Positions 55,178 through 64,000 of a stretch of 64,000 nucleotides of DNA are shown here, in pieces. Every line of letters begins with the position of its first letter. The first letter of the stretch is position 1. Position numbers and translations under genes: made by a program. Source of the DNA: Candidatus Dormiibacterota bacterium (GTDB lineage Bacteria > Chloroflexota > Dormibacteria > Dormibacterales > Dormibacteraceae). The notes beneath the pieces were generated by a model. That model had not been told where the DNA came from. It did not search any database and saw only the letters and a list, made by a program, of their open reading frames with translations. Location: NCBI GenBank assembly GCA_035280285.1, contig DATEGC010000077.1, forward strand, positions 1,027 to 65,026. The letters are read 5' to 3'.

Positions 55178-55825
55178 TTGAGATCCGCCGAAGGACGCGG
55201 ACGGACCCTGGACGAGGCGGTTGACGCGGCGCTGATCGAGCTCCAGGAGAGCCGACGCAACGTTGACGTGAAGATCCTCAGCGAGACTGTCGAGGAGACG
55301 GTGGTCGAAGTCACGGTGATCGACCAGACGGCGCCGGCGCCGGCTTCGGCCTCTCGGCCGATCGACGGCAAGGCCGAGGCGGCTAAGAACCTGGTCGAGG
55401 GCCTCTTGAAGCACATGGGCGTCCGGGCACAGGTCAGTGTGCGGCCGAGCGCCGATCCGATCACCCTCGACATCAGCGGCCGCGACCTGGGGGCGCTGAT
55501 CGGTTGGCGTGGCGAGACCCTGCGTGCTCTGCAGGCAGTGACGAATGTGATGGTCGGCAAGCATCTTGCCGAGGGCGAGCGCGTCATCGTGGACGTCGAG
55601 CGCTACCGTCAGCGGAGAGAGCACACGGTCCGCGAGATCGCCATGCGCGCCGCGCGCCAGGTCAAGATGACCGGCGACGCGATCACCCTCGACGCTATGC
55701 AGCCGTTCGAACGGCGAGCCATCCATCTGGCCCTCGAAGGCGATCCAGAAGTGACCAGCTCGAGCATCGGCGAGGAGCCCGAACGCCGCGTCGTCGTGGG
55801 TCCGCGCAAGCCGGCTGAGGACTGA
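55178..55825 (+). CDS. jag: Jag/KhpB RNA-binding protein (Jag-N, KH, R3H)
   Basis: TTG start with AAGGAG 9 nt upstream. GRTLDEAVDAALIEL (Jag_N), IGWRGETLRALQ (KH), RRAIHLAL (R3H). Confidence 0.85.
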   Translation: MRSAEGRGRTLDEAVDAALIELQESRRNVDVKILSETVEETVVEVTVIDQTAPAPASASRPIDGKAEAAKNLVEGLLKHMGVRAQVSVRPSADPITLDISGRDLGALIGWRGETLRALQAVTNVMVGKHLAEGERVIVDVERYRQRREHTVREIAMRAARQVKMTGDAITLDAMQPFERRAIHLALEGDPEVTSSSIGEEPERRVVVGPRKPAED

Positions 55826-55835
55826 CGGCGACTCG

Positions 55836-56120
55836 ATGGCCGCCCGGCACCCGCACCGCGGCGCCGCGGAGCGGATCCGGAAGGCGATTGCGCTGGTCAA
55901 CTCGGTCGCGGACGAAGCCGGCGATGAAGAGATCACTCCGACCGAGATCGCGGAGGCGATCCGTGACTGCCTGGAGCTGGGTGAAGTCGATAAGGCGCCC
56001 AATGTGCGCCGCTACTTGGGTGAGGCGCTCGACGCGGTGTCGGACGGTATGCCGGCCGACTTCGTCGCCATGACCCTGTACGCAGCACTCGGGGCTTTGC
56101 GCGAAGGCGCAAGTAATTAG
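55836..56120 (+). CDS. small acidic hypothetical protein
   Basis: 94 aa ORF that fills the gap between jag and the peptidase gene; no motif recognised. Confidence 0.45.
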   Translation: MAARHPHRGAAERIRKAIALVNSVADEAGDEEITPTEIAEAIRDCLELGEVDKAPNVRRYLGEALDAVSDGMPADFVAMTLYAALGALREGASN

Positions 56121-56142
56121 CGCTTCTATACTTTCCCCTCCC

Positions 56143-57414
56143 ATGGGCTCGCAGCATCGCCTTCACGCACTGCCCGGCGGAGCCCGATTGGTGACCGAGG
56201 CGATGCCCCAGCGTCAGTCGACCAGTGTCGTCTTCATGTTCGGTGGTGGTTCGCGGCTCGAGGATGACCGGCTGGCCGGTGTCTCGCATTTCATCGAGCA
56301 CCTCTTCTTCAAGGGCACCAAGCGGCGCCCGTCGTCGAAGGAGATCGCCGACGCGATCGAAGGCGTCGGCGGATTCGTCAATGCATCTACCGATAAGGAG
56401 CTCACCGCGTACTGGACGCGCGTACCGTCCGAGCACATGGCGCTGGGCTTCGACGTCCTGTTCGACATCGTCTCGAACTCCCGTCTCGACCCGGCCGACA
56501 TCGAGCGCGAACGCATGGTCATCCTCGAAGAGCTGCGGATGTACCAGGACCAGCCCCAGGACTATGTTCAGAACCTCTTCGAAGAGCTGATCTGGCCCGG
56601 CCACCCCCTCGGTAGGGACATCGCCGGCACGCAAGAGTCGGTTTCACAGCTCAGCCGGGACGATATCTTCGAGTACGCCGACGCCCACTACCGGCTGGCG
56701 GACCTGGTCATCGGCGCGGCCGGCTCACTGGACGAACGTGAGATCCTCGAGGTCGTTTCGGGCGGGCTGCCGTTGCGGCGCGATCCTGACGGCGTGCTGC
56801 CCGCGGCCTCGCCGGGACCGGTCGACGGGCCGAAGGTGCTGGTCAGGCGCCGCGAGACGGAGCAAGCGCACATCTGCCTCGGCACTCGCGCGTTCAGCTA
56901 CTTGCATCCTGATCGACACGCGCTCGACATGCTGAACACGGTGCTCGGCGAAGGCATGAGCTCGCGACTCTTTCTGAACATCCGCGAGCGCCTGGGACTC
57001 GCATACGACGTGCACAGCTTCACGCAGAAGCACCGAGACACTGGATACTTCGGCGTCTACATCGGAGTCGATCCGAAGAAGGCGGTCGATGCGGTCAATG
57101 CCGTGATGGTTGAGCTGCGCAGCCTGGGCGAGACCGAGGTCGCGCCGGAAGAGCTGGTCCGCGCGAAAGAATTCACCAAAGGCCGCCTGCGCCTCGAGCT
57201 GGAGACAACCAACGGCGTCGCGTTCTGGCTCACCTACCAAGAGCTGCTGCTGGGCCAAATCAAGACAATCGACGAAGAGCTGGCACAGGTCGATGCGGTG
57301 ACCGCCGCCGACGTCAAGCGCGTCGCGGACGAGGTGCTGCGCGGCCCGGTCCAGATGTCGGTGATCGGTCCGTTTGCGCGCGACAGCGCCTTCCGGCTCG
57401 CGATCGGCGCTTGA
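56143..57414 (+). CDS. M16-family zinc metallopeptidase (pitrilysin-like)
   Basis: Inverted zinc motif HFIEH (HxxEH) followed by the downstream Glu region (ERMVILEE). Confidence 0.85.
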   Translation: MGSQHRLHALPGGARLVTEAMPQRQSTSVVFMFGGGSRLEDDRLAGVSHFIEHLFFKGTKRRPSSKEIADAIEGVGGFVNASTDKELTAYWTRVPSEHMALGFDVLFDIVSNSRLDPADIERERMVILEELRMYQDQPQDYVQNLFEELIWPGHPLGRDIAGTQESVSQLSRDDIFEYADAHYRLADLVIGAAGSLDEREILEVVSGGLPLRRDPDGVLPAASPGPVDGPKVLVRRRETEQAHICLGTRAFSYLHPDRHALDMLNTVLGEGMSSRLFLNIRERLGLAYDVHSFTQKHRDTGYFGVYIGVDPKKAVDAVNAVMVELRSLGETEVAPEELVRAKEFTKGRLRLELETTNGVAFWLTYQELLLGQIKTIDEELAQVDAVTAADVKRVADEVLRGPVQMSVIGPFARDSAFRLAIGA

Positions 57415-57421
57415 AATCGCG

Positions 57422-58066
57422 CTAGGCGGCCGCCGGACGCGTGGAGCCTACGAAGACGCTTCCGGTTTCGAGAGCCGGCATCTTCGCGTAGATGTTGCCG
57501 AAGCTGCCGATCGGCCAGATCCTGAACCACGCCTTGCCGTCGATCCGGTCGCGGCTGATCGGACCGAAGAAGCGCGAGTCCTGGGAGCGGTTCCGGTTGT
57601 CGCCCATAACGAAGTAATCGTTGGGCGGAATAACTGAACCATCACCCTGGCTCCATGGAGCCGGGTTGTTGTCGTTCGTCCACGCCTCCGGCAGGTACGG
57701 CTCGTCCAGCCTGTGACCGTCGATGTAGACGACCCCGCTGCGGATCATGAGCCGCTCGCCCGGCAGCGCGATGACGCGCTTGATGAAGTCGGTGGAGTTG
57801 TTCGTGGGCGGCCGCAGGATGATGATGTCGCCGCGCTGCGGTGGATGGAGTCGGTAGTCGATCTTGTTGGCGATCAAGTAATCGTTGTCGTCGAGCGTCG
57901 CCCACATCGAGAGGCCCTCCACGTGGACTGCCTGAATAACAAAGCTGATCCCTATGTAAAGGATGACTGCCAGCACGACGACCTCGGCAACCTCACGCAG
58001 CAGCGACGAGGTCGCGGAGCGTTCAGTCGAGGCGGCGCCAGCCGCAGGTTGGTGTTGGGCCGCCAT
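57422..58066 (-). CDS. lepB: signal peptidase I
   Basis: N-terminal TM, GLSMWATL (Ser box), FIKRVIALPGE (Lys box), VMGDNRNRSQDSR. Confidence 0.85.
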   Translation of the reverse strand: MAAQHQPAAGAASTERSATSSLLREVAEVVVLAVILYIGISFVIQAVHVEGLSMWATLDDNDYLIANKIDYRLHPPQRGDIIILRPPTNNSTDFIKRVIALPGERLMIRSGVVYIDGHRLDEPYLPEAWTNDNNPAPWSQGDGSVIPPNDYFVMGDNRNRSQDSRFFGPISRDRIDGKAWFRIWPIGSFGNIYAKMPALETGSVFVGSTRPAAA

Positions 58067-58071
58067 GCGTT

Positions 58072-58914
58072 TTAGGAGACGAGCTTAACGCAGACCCGTT
58101 CCAGCTCTTCGCGGCTCGAGTAACGCAGCTCCATCGTGCCTCGCCTGAGGCTTCCGGTGAGCTTGACCGGCACGCCGAGGCTGGATTCGATGTCGGCGGC
58201 GATCGCGCGCAGCTCCGCGGACGATTGACCGTGACGTCGGCGGCGCGGCCGGTACGTCCGCACCCAGTTCTCTGTCTGCCTGACGGACAGATGCTTTGCA
58301 ATCACGACCTTCAGGCCTTGCTCCTGCGCGACCAGGCTTTCCAGTGCGATCAAGGCGCGGGCGTGGCCGGCGGTTATGACGCCGGCCGCAACGGCCGACT
58401 GCACCGCGGGACATCCGCTCAGCAGACGCAGCGATTGCGTGACCGAGACACGATGCTTGCCCAGACGCTGCGCTACTTCCTCATGCGTCAGGCCGAACTC
58501 CTCGATGAGCCGGCGCAGGCCTCGCGCTTCTTCGATGGGATCGAGGTCGGTGCGCTGCAGGTTCTCGATCAGCCCGAGGACCAGCTGCTCGTCATTGCCC
58601 GTGTCGCTTCGCACGACGGCGGGGACGGTCTGTAGACCCGCCAGTCTCGCGGCCCGCCAGCGTCGCTCGCCGGCGATAAGCTCGTAACCATCGGCCAGCG
58701 GCCGGACGAGCAGGGGCTGCAGAATGCCATGCAGACGGATCGACTCCGCGAGCTCGCCGAGCGGCTCGGCATCGAACCGTGAGCGCACCTGCTGGCGCGA
58801 AGGGCGGATCTGGTCGATGGCGATCATCTGCGGCACTAAGGCCTCCCCTGCGCGCGACATTGGGATCAGGGCGTCGAGTCCGCGACCGAGTCCGCGGGGG
58901 CGAGGTTGGCTCAT
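58072..58914 (-). CDS. parB: chromosome partitioning protein ParB/Spo0J
   Basis: Start at ATG 58914 (ATGA overlap with parA): MSQPRPRGLGRGLDALI. GILQPLLVRP, IAGERRWRAA, ENLQRTDL, plus an HTH. Confidence 0.9.
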   Translation of the reverse strand: MSQPRPRGLGRGLDALIPMSRAGEALVPQMIAIDQIRPSRQQVRSRFDAEPLGELAESIRLHGILQPLLVRPLADGYELIAGERRWRAARLAGLQTVPAVVRSDTGNDEQLVLGLIENLQRTDLDPIEEARGLRRLIEEFGLTHEEVAQRLGKHRVSVTQSLRLLSGCPAVQSAVAAGVITAGHARALIALESLVAQEQGLKVVIAKHLSVRQTENWVRTYRPRRRRHGQSSAELRAIAADIESSLGVPVKLTGSLRRGTMELRYSSREELERVCVKLVS

Positions 58915-59726
58915 CGTTCCAGCAGCTCCTTCGCGAGCGCGCGGTATGCGACCGCGCCTCGGCACGTGGGGTCGTATTCGATGACTGACTTGCCGTGACT
59001 GGGCGCTTCGCTCAGCCGAACGTTGCGGGGGATCAGCGTCTCGAGCAGATGGTGCGGGTGGGTGCGCCTGACTGCCTCGAGCACATCCCATGCCAGAGTC
59101 GTCCGCGCGTCGAACTGCGTCATCAGGATGCCGGCGATCGCCAGTTTGGGATTGAGGCGAGAGCGCACCAACTGGTGCGTGTACATGAGGTGACGCAGGC
59201 CTTCCAGCGCGAAGTACTCGCATTGCGTCGGAATGAGCATGCTGGTCGCGGCGACCAGCGCGTTCAGAGTCATGAGGCCGAGCGATGGGGGACAGTCCAC
59301 CAGCACGAGCTCGACTCCAGGTGGAGTTGACTCCAACGCCCGGCGGAGCAGACCCTCCCGCCCGTCGACTGACGCCAGCTCGATCTCGGCGCCGGCCAGG
59401 TCGATGTGCGAGGGCACAAGGCTGAGGCCACTGACCCTGGTCGATTGCATGACCTCCTTGACGGCGGCCTCGCCTGTAAGGAGGTGATACACGTTGAGCC
59501 GCGCTCGGGCCGAGTCGAGGCCCAGGCCTGAGGTTGAGTTGGCCTGCGGATCAAGGTCGACAAGCAACGTCGAATGGCCGACCTCGGCCATGGCGGCCGC
59601 CAGATTGATCGCCGTGGTGGTCTTGCCCACGCCGCCCTTCTGATTCACCACGGCGACCACAGGAGGTGCCGTGGTCGCCAAGATGTTGGGCTTGGCGTCG
59701 CTTGCCGGTGCTACATCTGGGGTCAT
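58911..59726 (-). CDS. parA: chromosome partitioning ATPase ParA/Soj
   Basis: Start at ATG 59726. Deviant Walker A NQKGGVGKTTT, LLVDLDPQAN, VLVDCPPSLG. Confidence 0.9.
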   Translation of the reverse strand: MTPDVAPASDAKPNILATTAPPVVAVVNQKGGVGKTTTAINLAAAMAEVGHSTLLVDLDPQANSTSGLGLDSARARLNVYHLLTGEAAVKEVMQSTRVSGLSLVPSHIDLAGAEIELASVDGREGLLRRALESTPPGVELVLVDCPPSLGLMTLNALVAATSMLIPTQCEYFALEGLRHLMYTHQLVRSRLNPKLAIAGILMTQFDARTTLAWDVLEAVRRTHPHHLLETLIPRNVRLSEAPSHGKSVIEYDPTCRGAVAYRALAKELLER

Positions 59727-59772
59727 TGAGCGGAATTCTATGTCTGGTGGAGCGGATTGAACAGCCAGGTTG

Positions 59773-60759
59773 TTAAGGCTGGGCGGTGATCGCGGCCCGG
59801 CGCCGATTGGTCCAGATTGCGTAGGCAGAGACCGCGACCAGCGCCGCCTCGACCAACACGGCGCCGTTGAGCAAGCTGCCGCCAAGGCCGACGCCAACCA
59901 ACAGGTTGTAGGTGACATGGCATGTACACGAAGTGGTGGTGTTCGTGTATTTGCGGAGCAAGCCCAGCCCAAGCGCGATCGCCAGGACGGCCGCAGTGTC
60001 CAGCGACAGGGCGTATTGGGTGTGTATGGAGGTGAACAGCAGCGCCGTGGCGACAAGTCCGATGCGGGGCTGTAGGGCTCCTCGGAAGAGCAGCTCCTCG
60101 CACAGCCCGGGCACGATGGCGAGGGCGATGATTCCGACCGGACCCCCGAGCTGGCCAAAGACGTGGTTGGTGGCTTCGTCGATACGGCGTGCGATGCCAG
60201 GCGTCCAGGCATGGCCCAGGCTGTCGATTCCCTGCGCGAAGGCGAAAAACACGCCTGCCGCCGCGAGGGCGAGGACGACCTGCCACCAGACAGGCACGAC
60301 GAACCCGAGCCGGCGACTCGTGTCGGGCAGCTCGCGGCGGATGAAGAGACCGACGCCCACGAGCGCGAAGACGAGGAACGGCGCTTCCTGATAGAGCAGG
60401 TCGGCGAGCGTGAGCGGCGGCAGCGATTGGGCAGTGGCCAGGACGTCGGTCAACGAGATCACGGCGACGTCGGTGCCGAGCAGGATCACCGTCAGGGCGA
60501 GCGCGAGGGCGTGCACCGGGTTGTCCGCCTCGATCGGCAGCCAGCGTTCGATGCGCCGGCGGACCGGCCGGGAGGCGATCGCGGCGGCGGCGAGTCCAGT
60601 GGCCATGACGGTCGCATCGAGGGCGCGCTGGAAGCCAGGAGTGGAGGCCGGCACCAATATGCCTGCTCCGAAGAAGTCCGCCGCTCCGAGGAGCGCCACC
60701 AGGCCGCCGGCGATGCCGGACAGGATCTCGGCCGCGAGATTTGCCCATCGTTTGCCCAC
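59773..60759 (-). CDS. CPBP-family intramembrane glutamic endopeptidase (CAAX protease/Abi)
   Basis: Multi-TM protein with EELLFRG and a downstream FTSIH motif; start uncertain. Confidence 0.75.
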   Translation of the reverse strand: MGKRWANLAAEILSGIAGGLVALLGAADFFGAGILVPASTPGFQRALDATVMATGLAAAAIASRPVRRRIERWLPIEADNPVHALALALTVILLGTDVAVISLTDVLATAQSLPPLTLADLLYQEAPFLVFALVGVGLFIRRELPDTSRRLGFVVPVWWQVVLALAAAGVFFAFAQGIDSLGHAWTPGIARRIDEATNHVFGQLGGPVGIIALAIVPGLCEELLFRGALQPRIGLVATALLFTSIHTQYALSLDTAAVLAIALGLGLLRKYTNTTTSCTCHVTYNLLVGVGLGGSLLNGAVLVEAALVAVSAYAIWTNRRRAAITAQP

Positions 60760-60839
60760 GGCGACGTTGGCCGTAACGACCAGCGGCAGCGGTGTCAGCT
60801 CAAACAGCGCGGTCGAGGCGTCGAGGGGGAGGTGAAGCG

Positions 60840-61643
60840 TCAGCCGGTCTTGTCGCCTTTGTCGGCCTGGGCCGGCGCGCCTCCGTCACCGGCGCCCAGC
60901 AGCGGGCGGATCAACTCAAGGGGTAGCGGCAGGATGATCGTCGTGTTCTTTTCCGAGCCGATCTCGACCATCGTCTGCAGGAACCGAAGCTGCAGCGCGC
61001 CCTGCTGCGAAGAGATCACGTGGGCGGCGTTGGCCAGGGTTTGCGAGGCCTGAAACTCGCCATCGGCGTTGATGATCTTCGCCCGCTTCTCGCGTTCGGC
61101 CTCGGCCTGCTTGGCCATCGCCCGCTGCATCGTGGCCGGGAGCTCGACGTCTTTGATCTCGACCACCACGACCTTGATCCCCCACGGCTCGGTCTGCTCG
61201 TCGATGATCTTCTGCAGGTTCTGATTGATCTTGTCTCGCTCGGCGAGGAGCTCGTCCAGCGTCGACTGGCCCAGCACTGCGCGCAGCGTCGTCTGCGAGA
61301 TCTGCGAGGTTGCGTTGATGTAATTGAGGACCTGCACCACGGCTTTGCGCGCGTCGACGACCTGAAAATAGATCACCGCGTTGACCTTGGCGGTCACGTT
61401 GTCGTTGGTGATCACCTCCTGCGGCGGCACCTCCAGGGTGATCGTGCGCAGGTCGATCTTTACCAACCGGTCGACGCCGAACGGGATGATGAAGAAAAGC
61501 CCGGGTCCCTTGAGCGCGATCAGACGGCCCAGCCGGAACACGACGCCACGCTCGTACTCGGCCGCTATCCGCAGGCTCGAGAAGACTGCGATGAGGACGA
61601 TGACCACGATCACTCCGATGAAGATCAGCGTCCCCGCGTCCAC
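60840..61643 (-). CDS. SPFH/band 7 (stomatin-like) protein
   Basis: N-terminal TM, EYERGVVFRLGR, TLEVPPQEVITNDN, LGQSTLDELLAERD, Ala/Glu-rich coiled coil. Confidence 0.9.
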   Translation of the reverse strand: MDAGTLIFIGVIVVIVLIAVFSSLRIAAEYERGVVFRLGRLIALKGPGLFFIIPFGVDRLVKIDLRTITLEVPPQEVITNDNVTAKVNAVIYFQVVDARKAVVQVLNYINATSQISQTTLRAVLGQSTLDELLAERDKINQNLQKIIDEQTEPWGIKVVVVEIKDVELPATMQRAMAKQAEAEREKRAKIINADGEFQASQTLANAAHVISSQQGALQLRFLQTMVEIGSEKNTTIILPLPLELIRPLLGAGDGGAPAQADKGDKTG

Positions 61644-62962
61644 TACTTCTTCTCCTTTGCCTGTCCGTTAGCACGCGCGACCTCCAGCTGCAGCCCCTTG
61701 CGACCCACGACCCGCACGGGTGACCCGGCCGGAATCGGCGTGGCCGCGCTCGCCTTCCACAGCGCGCCCTGGACAAAGACTAGACCTTCGGGAGCGAGCT
61801 CTTCGCGCGCCTCACCCAGAGCGCCGAGCATGCTGTCGGCTCCCGACAAGGCGGGCTGCCGCCGCGCGGCCCACACCTTGCGGATGAAGAACGCAAAAAA
61901 CGCCAGCGTGACCGCGGCAGTACCCACCGAAACCACGGGATTCACGCCCAGCCCGATGGGGCCCGTGTTGATGAGAAAGGCCATCCCGAGCAGCAGGGCG
62001 AAGACTCCGCCGACGGAGAGAAAGCCGTGTGTCGAGGCCACGAGGTCGGCGATGAAAAGGATGAGCGCGAGCACCATCAACAGCGCGCCGGCGATGTTCA
62101 CGGGGAGATTTGCGAGGGAGATTATCGCCAGCACGGCGGCGAGGCCGCCGATGACGCCGGGCAGGATCAAGCCCGGATTGGATAGCTCGGTGATGATGCC
62201 GTAGCCCGCGACGATGATCAGCAGCGCGGCGATCGTGGGATCGATCAGCGCGTTGAGGAAGACCTGCCAGAAGGGCATCTGGTTGTCGTCGATGACCGCG
62301 TTGAGCGAGTGAATGACCAGACTGCCGTTGGTGCGTGGCACCGAACGGCCGTCGACCTCGTTGAGGAGCGTGCGGATATCGGCGGCTTCGAGGTCCGCGA
62401 CGTGCAGCTGGACCGCCTGTTCGGCGCTGATGTTCACGCTGTTGCGCACCGCGTCCTCGGCCCAATCGGCGTTGCGGCCGTGTATGGAGGCAAGATTGCG
62501 CACGCGAGTGACTGCGTCGTTCAGAACCTTGGCCCCGAGGTCGCCGGTCAGGTTCTCGCCCGTGGCCTGAATCGGATGAGCGGATCCGATGTTGGTGCCG
62601 GGGGCCATGGCGAGCACATCCGCGGCCTGGGCGACGAAGAGTCCGGCTGACGCTGCTCGCGCTCCGCTGGGATAGACGTAGACGACGACCGGCACCGTGC
62701 TGTTGAGGAGGCTGGTCACGATCTCGTCCATCGAGGTGGAGATTCCGCCGGGGGTGTTGATGACCACCAGGAGCACGTCGGCGCGGTCCGACTCAGCGCG
62801 GTTGACCGCGTTCTGGATGTACGCCGACATGATGTTGTTGATGTCGCCGTTGAGATCGGCCTGCTCGACGTGGGGCGAGGCGGCCCTGGCGTTCAGCGGC
62901 AGCATGGCCGCGGCCAGGGCAAACGCCACCCACCCCAGACGGAGCGCCACCAGCGCACGCAT
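61643..62962 (-). CDS. NfeD-family membrane-bound serine protease (ClpP-class)
   Basis: Start at ATG 62962 (signal peptide MRALVALRLGWVAFALAAA). INTPGGIS, GARAASAGLF, multi-TM middle and a C-terminal OB-like domain. Its stop overlaps the SPFH start (TAGTG). Confidence 0.85.
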   Translation of the reverse strand: MRALVALRLGWVAFALAAAMLPLNARAASPHVEQADLNGDINNIMSAYIQNAVNRAESDRADVLLVVINTPGGISTSMDEIVTSLLNSTVPVVVYVYPSGARAASAGLFVAQAADVLAMAPGTNIGSAHPIQATGENLTGDLGAKVLNDAVTRVRNLASIHGRNADWAEDAVRNSVNISAEQAVQLHVADLEAADIRTLLNEVDGRSVPRTNGSLVIHSLNAVIDDNQMPFWQVFLNALIDPTIAALLIIVAGYGIITELSNPGLILPGVIGGLAAVLAIISLANLPVNIAGALLMVLALILFIADLVASTHGFLSVGGVFALLLGMAFLINTGPIGLGVNPVVSVGTAAVTLAFFAFFIRKVWAARRQPALSGADSMLGALGEAREELAPEGLVFVQGALWKASAATPIPAGSPVRVVGRKGLQLEVARANGQAKEKK

Positions 62963-63045
62963 GCTCCGAGTATGGCAACCCCATGTAAAACGTGGAACAT
63001 CACCCCCGCCCAGAGGTCCTGAAAGGCGGGCGTAGAATCGGTCGA

Positions 63046-63654
63046 ATGGGGGCGCAGCCGGTTCAGCCGGACGCTGACGAGAGCGCATTGCGTGATCTGC
63101 GCAAACAGGCCCGAGCCGCGCCGCCGCTCGACGAAGACGAGGAGGAAAGCCTGTTAGCGAAGGCTGCCGCCGGCGACAGCGCGAGCCTCGACCGCCTGGT
63201 CGCAGCCAACCTCGGCCTGGTGATCCGGCTCGCCGAAAGTCGCGAACACATGGTCCTGTCCGCGGCCGACCTGGTGCAAGAGGGTTCCATCGGCCTGGTT
63301 GAAGCCGTGCAGCTGTTCGCGGTCAGTGGCCAGGAGCATTTCGCAGCCTTTGCCGAGCGCAAGATCGGTGAGCAAATGGACGCTGCGATCGCGGCCGAGA
63401 CCGCGGCAGTGCGTGATGCCGAGCTGCTGGTCAACGCCGCCAACGACTACGAGCGGATCGAGCTGGTCCTGCGTCGCGAGCTGAACCGTCCGGCGACCGA
63501 GAAAGAGATCGCTGAAAAGCTCGAGTGGACGGTCGACCGGACACGCTACGTCGCCCAGGTCGTGGCCGAGGCGCGGCGCCGTCACGACGAAGAACTGCTG
63601 GCGTACATCGACCCCGACGCGGTTGATGTCGACGACACTGTCGACGGCGAATAA
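63046..63654 (+). CDS. sigma-70-like protein with regions 2 and 3 only (no region 4)
   Basis: LVAANLGLVIRLA and DLVQEGSIGLVEAVQLF match region 2.1/2.2; RELNRPATEKEIAEKL matches region 3. The protein then ends in an acidic tail. Start is ATG 63046 (TAGAAT 7 nt upstream) or GTG 62992. Confidence 0.6.
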   Translation: MGAQPVQPDADESALRDLRKQARAAPPLDEDEEESLLAKAAAGDSASLDRLVAANLGLVIRLAESREHMVLSAADLVQEGSIGLVEAVQLFAVSGQEHFAAFAERKIGEQMDAAIAAETAAVRDAELLVNAANDYERIELVLRRELNRPATEKEIAEKLEWTVDRTRYVAQVVAEARRRHDEELLAYIDPDAVDVDDTVDGE

Positions 63655-64000
63655 CGCGCTGAACCGCACACCTCTCTACGACCGTCACGTCGCCCTTGGC
63701 GCGCGCATGGTCGATTTCGGCGGTTGGGTCATGCCACAGCAGTACACCTCGATCCGCGACGAGCACTTCGCCGTGCGTGAAGCGGCGGCCTTGTTCGACG
63801 TCTCGCATATGGGCCGGCTGCTGTTCACGGGTCCCGGGGCTGAGGCATACCTGCAGCGATTGGTGACCAATGACGTCGCGTCCCTCGAGCCAGGTCACGC
63901 CGTCTACAGCCAGATGTGCCAGGACGGCGGCGGCATCATCGACGACCTCGTCGTGTATCGCCAGCCGGGCAACGAGTTCCTGGTCGTGGTGAATGCGTCC
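63626..64000 (+). CDS. gcvT: glycine cleavage system aminomethyltransferase, N-terminal part; gene continues beyond window end
   Basis: ATG 63626: MSTTLSTANNALNRTPLYDRHVALGARMVDFGGWVMPQQYTSIRDEHFAVREAAALFDVSHMG. Open to the window edge, hence absent from the ORF track. Confidence 0.85.
   Translation, partial: MSTTLSTANNALNRTPLYDRHVALGARMVDFGGWVMPQQYTSIRDEHFAVREAAALFDVSHMGRLLFTGPGAEAYLQRLVTNDVASLEPGHAVYSQMCQDGGGIIDDLVVYRQPGNEFLVVVNAS

Overview
High-GC bacterial chromosome segment (Terrabacteria-like gene content; lineage not determinable from sequence alone) that spans the replication origin. The core is dnaA-dnaN-recF-dciA on the minus strand and rpmH-rnpA-yidD-yidC-jag on the plus strand, with clusters of DnaA boxes on both sides of dnaA; parA-parB lie about 5 kb further on. 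The rest is densely packed housekeeping and accessory genes: a NitT/TauT-type ABC transporter next to a CitA/CitB-type two-component system, a GGDEF protein, 5-oxoprolinase pxpBC and pxpA, moaC plus a MogA/MoaB-family gene, larB, a NifS-like desulfurase with XdhC, two tandem paralogous Ser/Thr kinases, lysA, rsmG, a complete but unusually ordered Pst/Pho locus, thiGES, murE, folPK, a FemAB-family gene, glycosyltransferases, a membrane cytochrome c, a UvrD-type helicase-nuclease, an SPFH/NfeD pair and gcvT. I saw no rRNA, tRNA, CRISPR array or mobile element. Most notable observations: (1) a peroxiredoxin gene split in the ORF track by an in-frame TGA exactly at the peroxidatic Cys position, with a SECIS-like hairpin downstream, so a candidate selenoprotein; (2) several conserved genes (rpmH, yidC, the cysteine desulfurase, a histidine phosphatase) whose conserved N-termini lie upstream of any ATG/GTG/TTG, implying ATC/CTG/ATA initiation or assembly errors; (3) two matching arrays of 11-bp-phased CTTAA repeats placed 11-12 nt before -10-like boxes in the Pho locus, likely Pho boxes; (4) an OmpR-type regulator with Glu at the phospho-acceptor position, a sigma-like protein lacking region 4, and a MurE with DDPL in place of DNPR near a FemAB-family gene. 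Many long ORFs in the track are antisense or frame-shadow artefacts of the GC-rich sequence and were not called.
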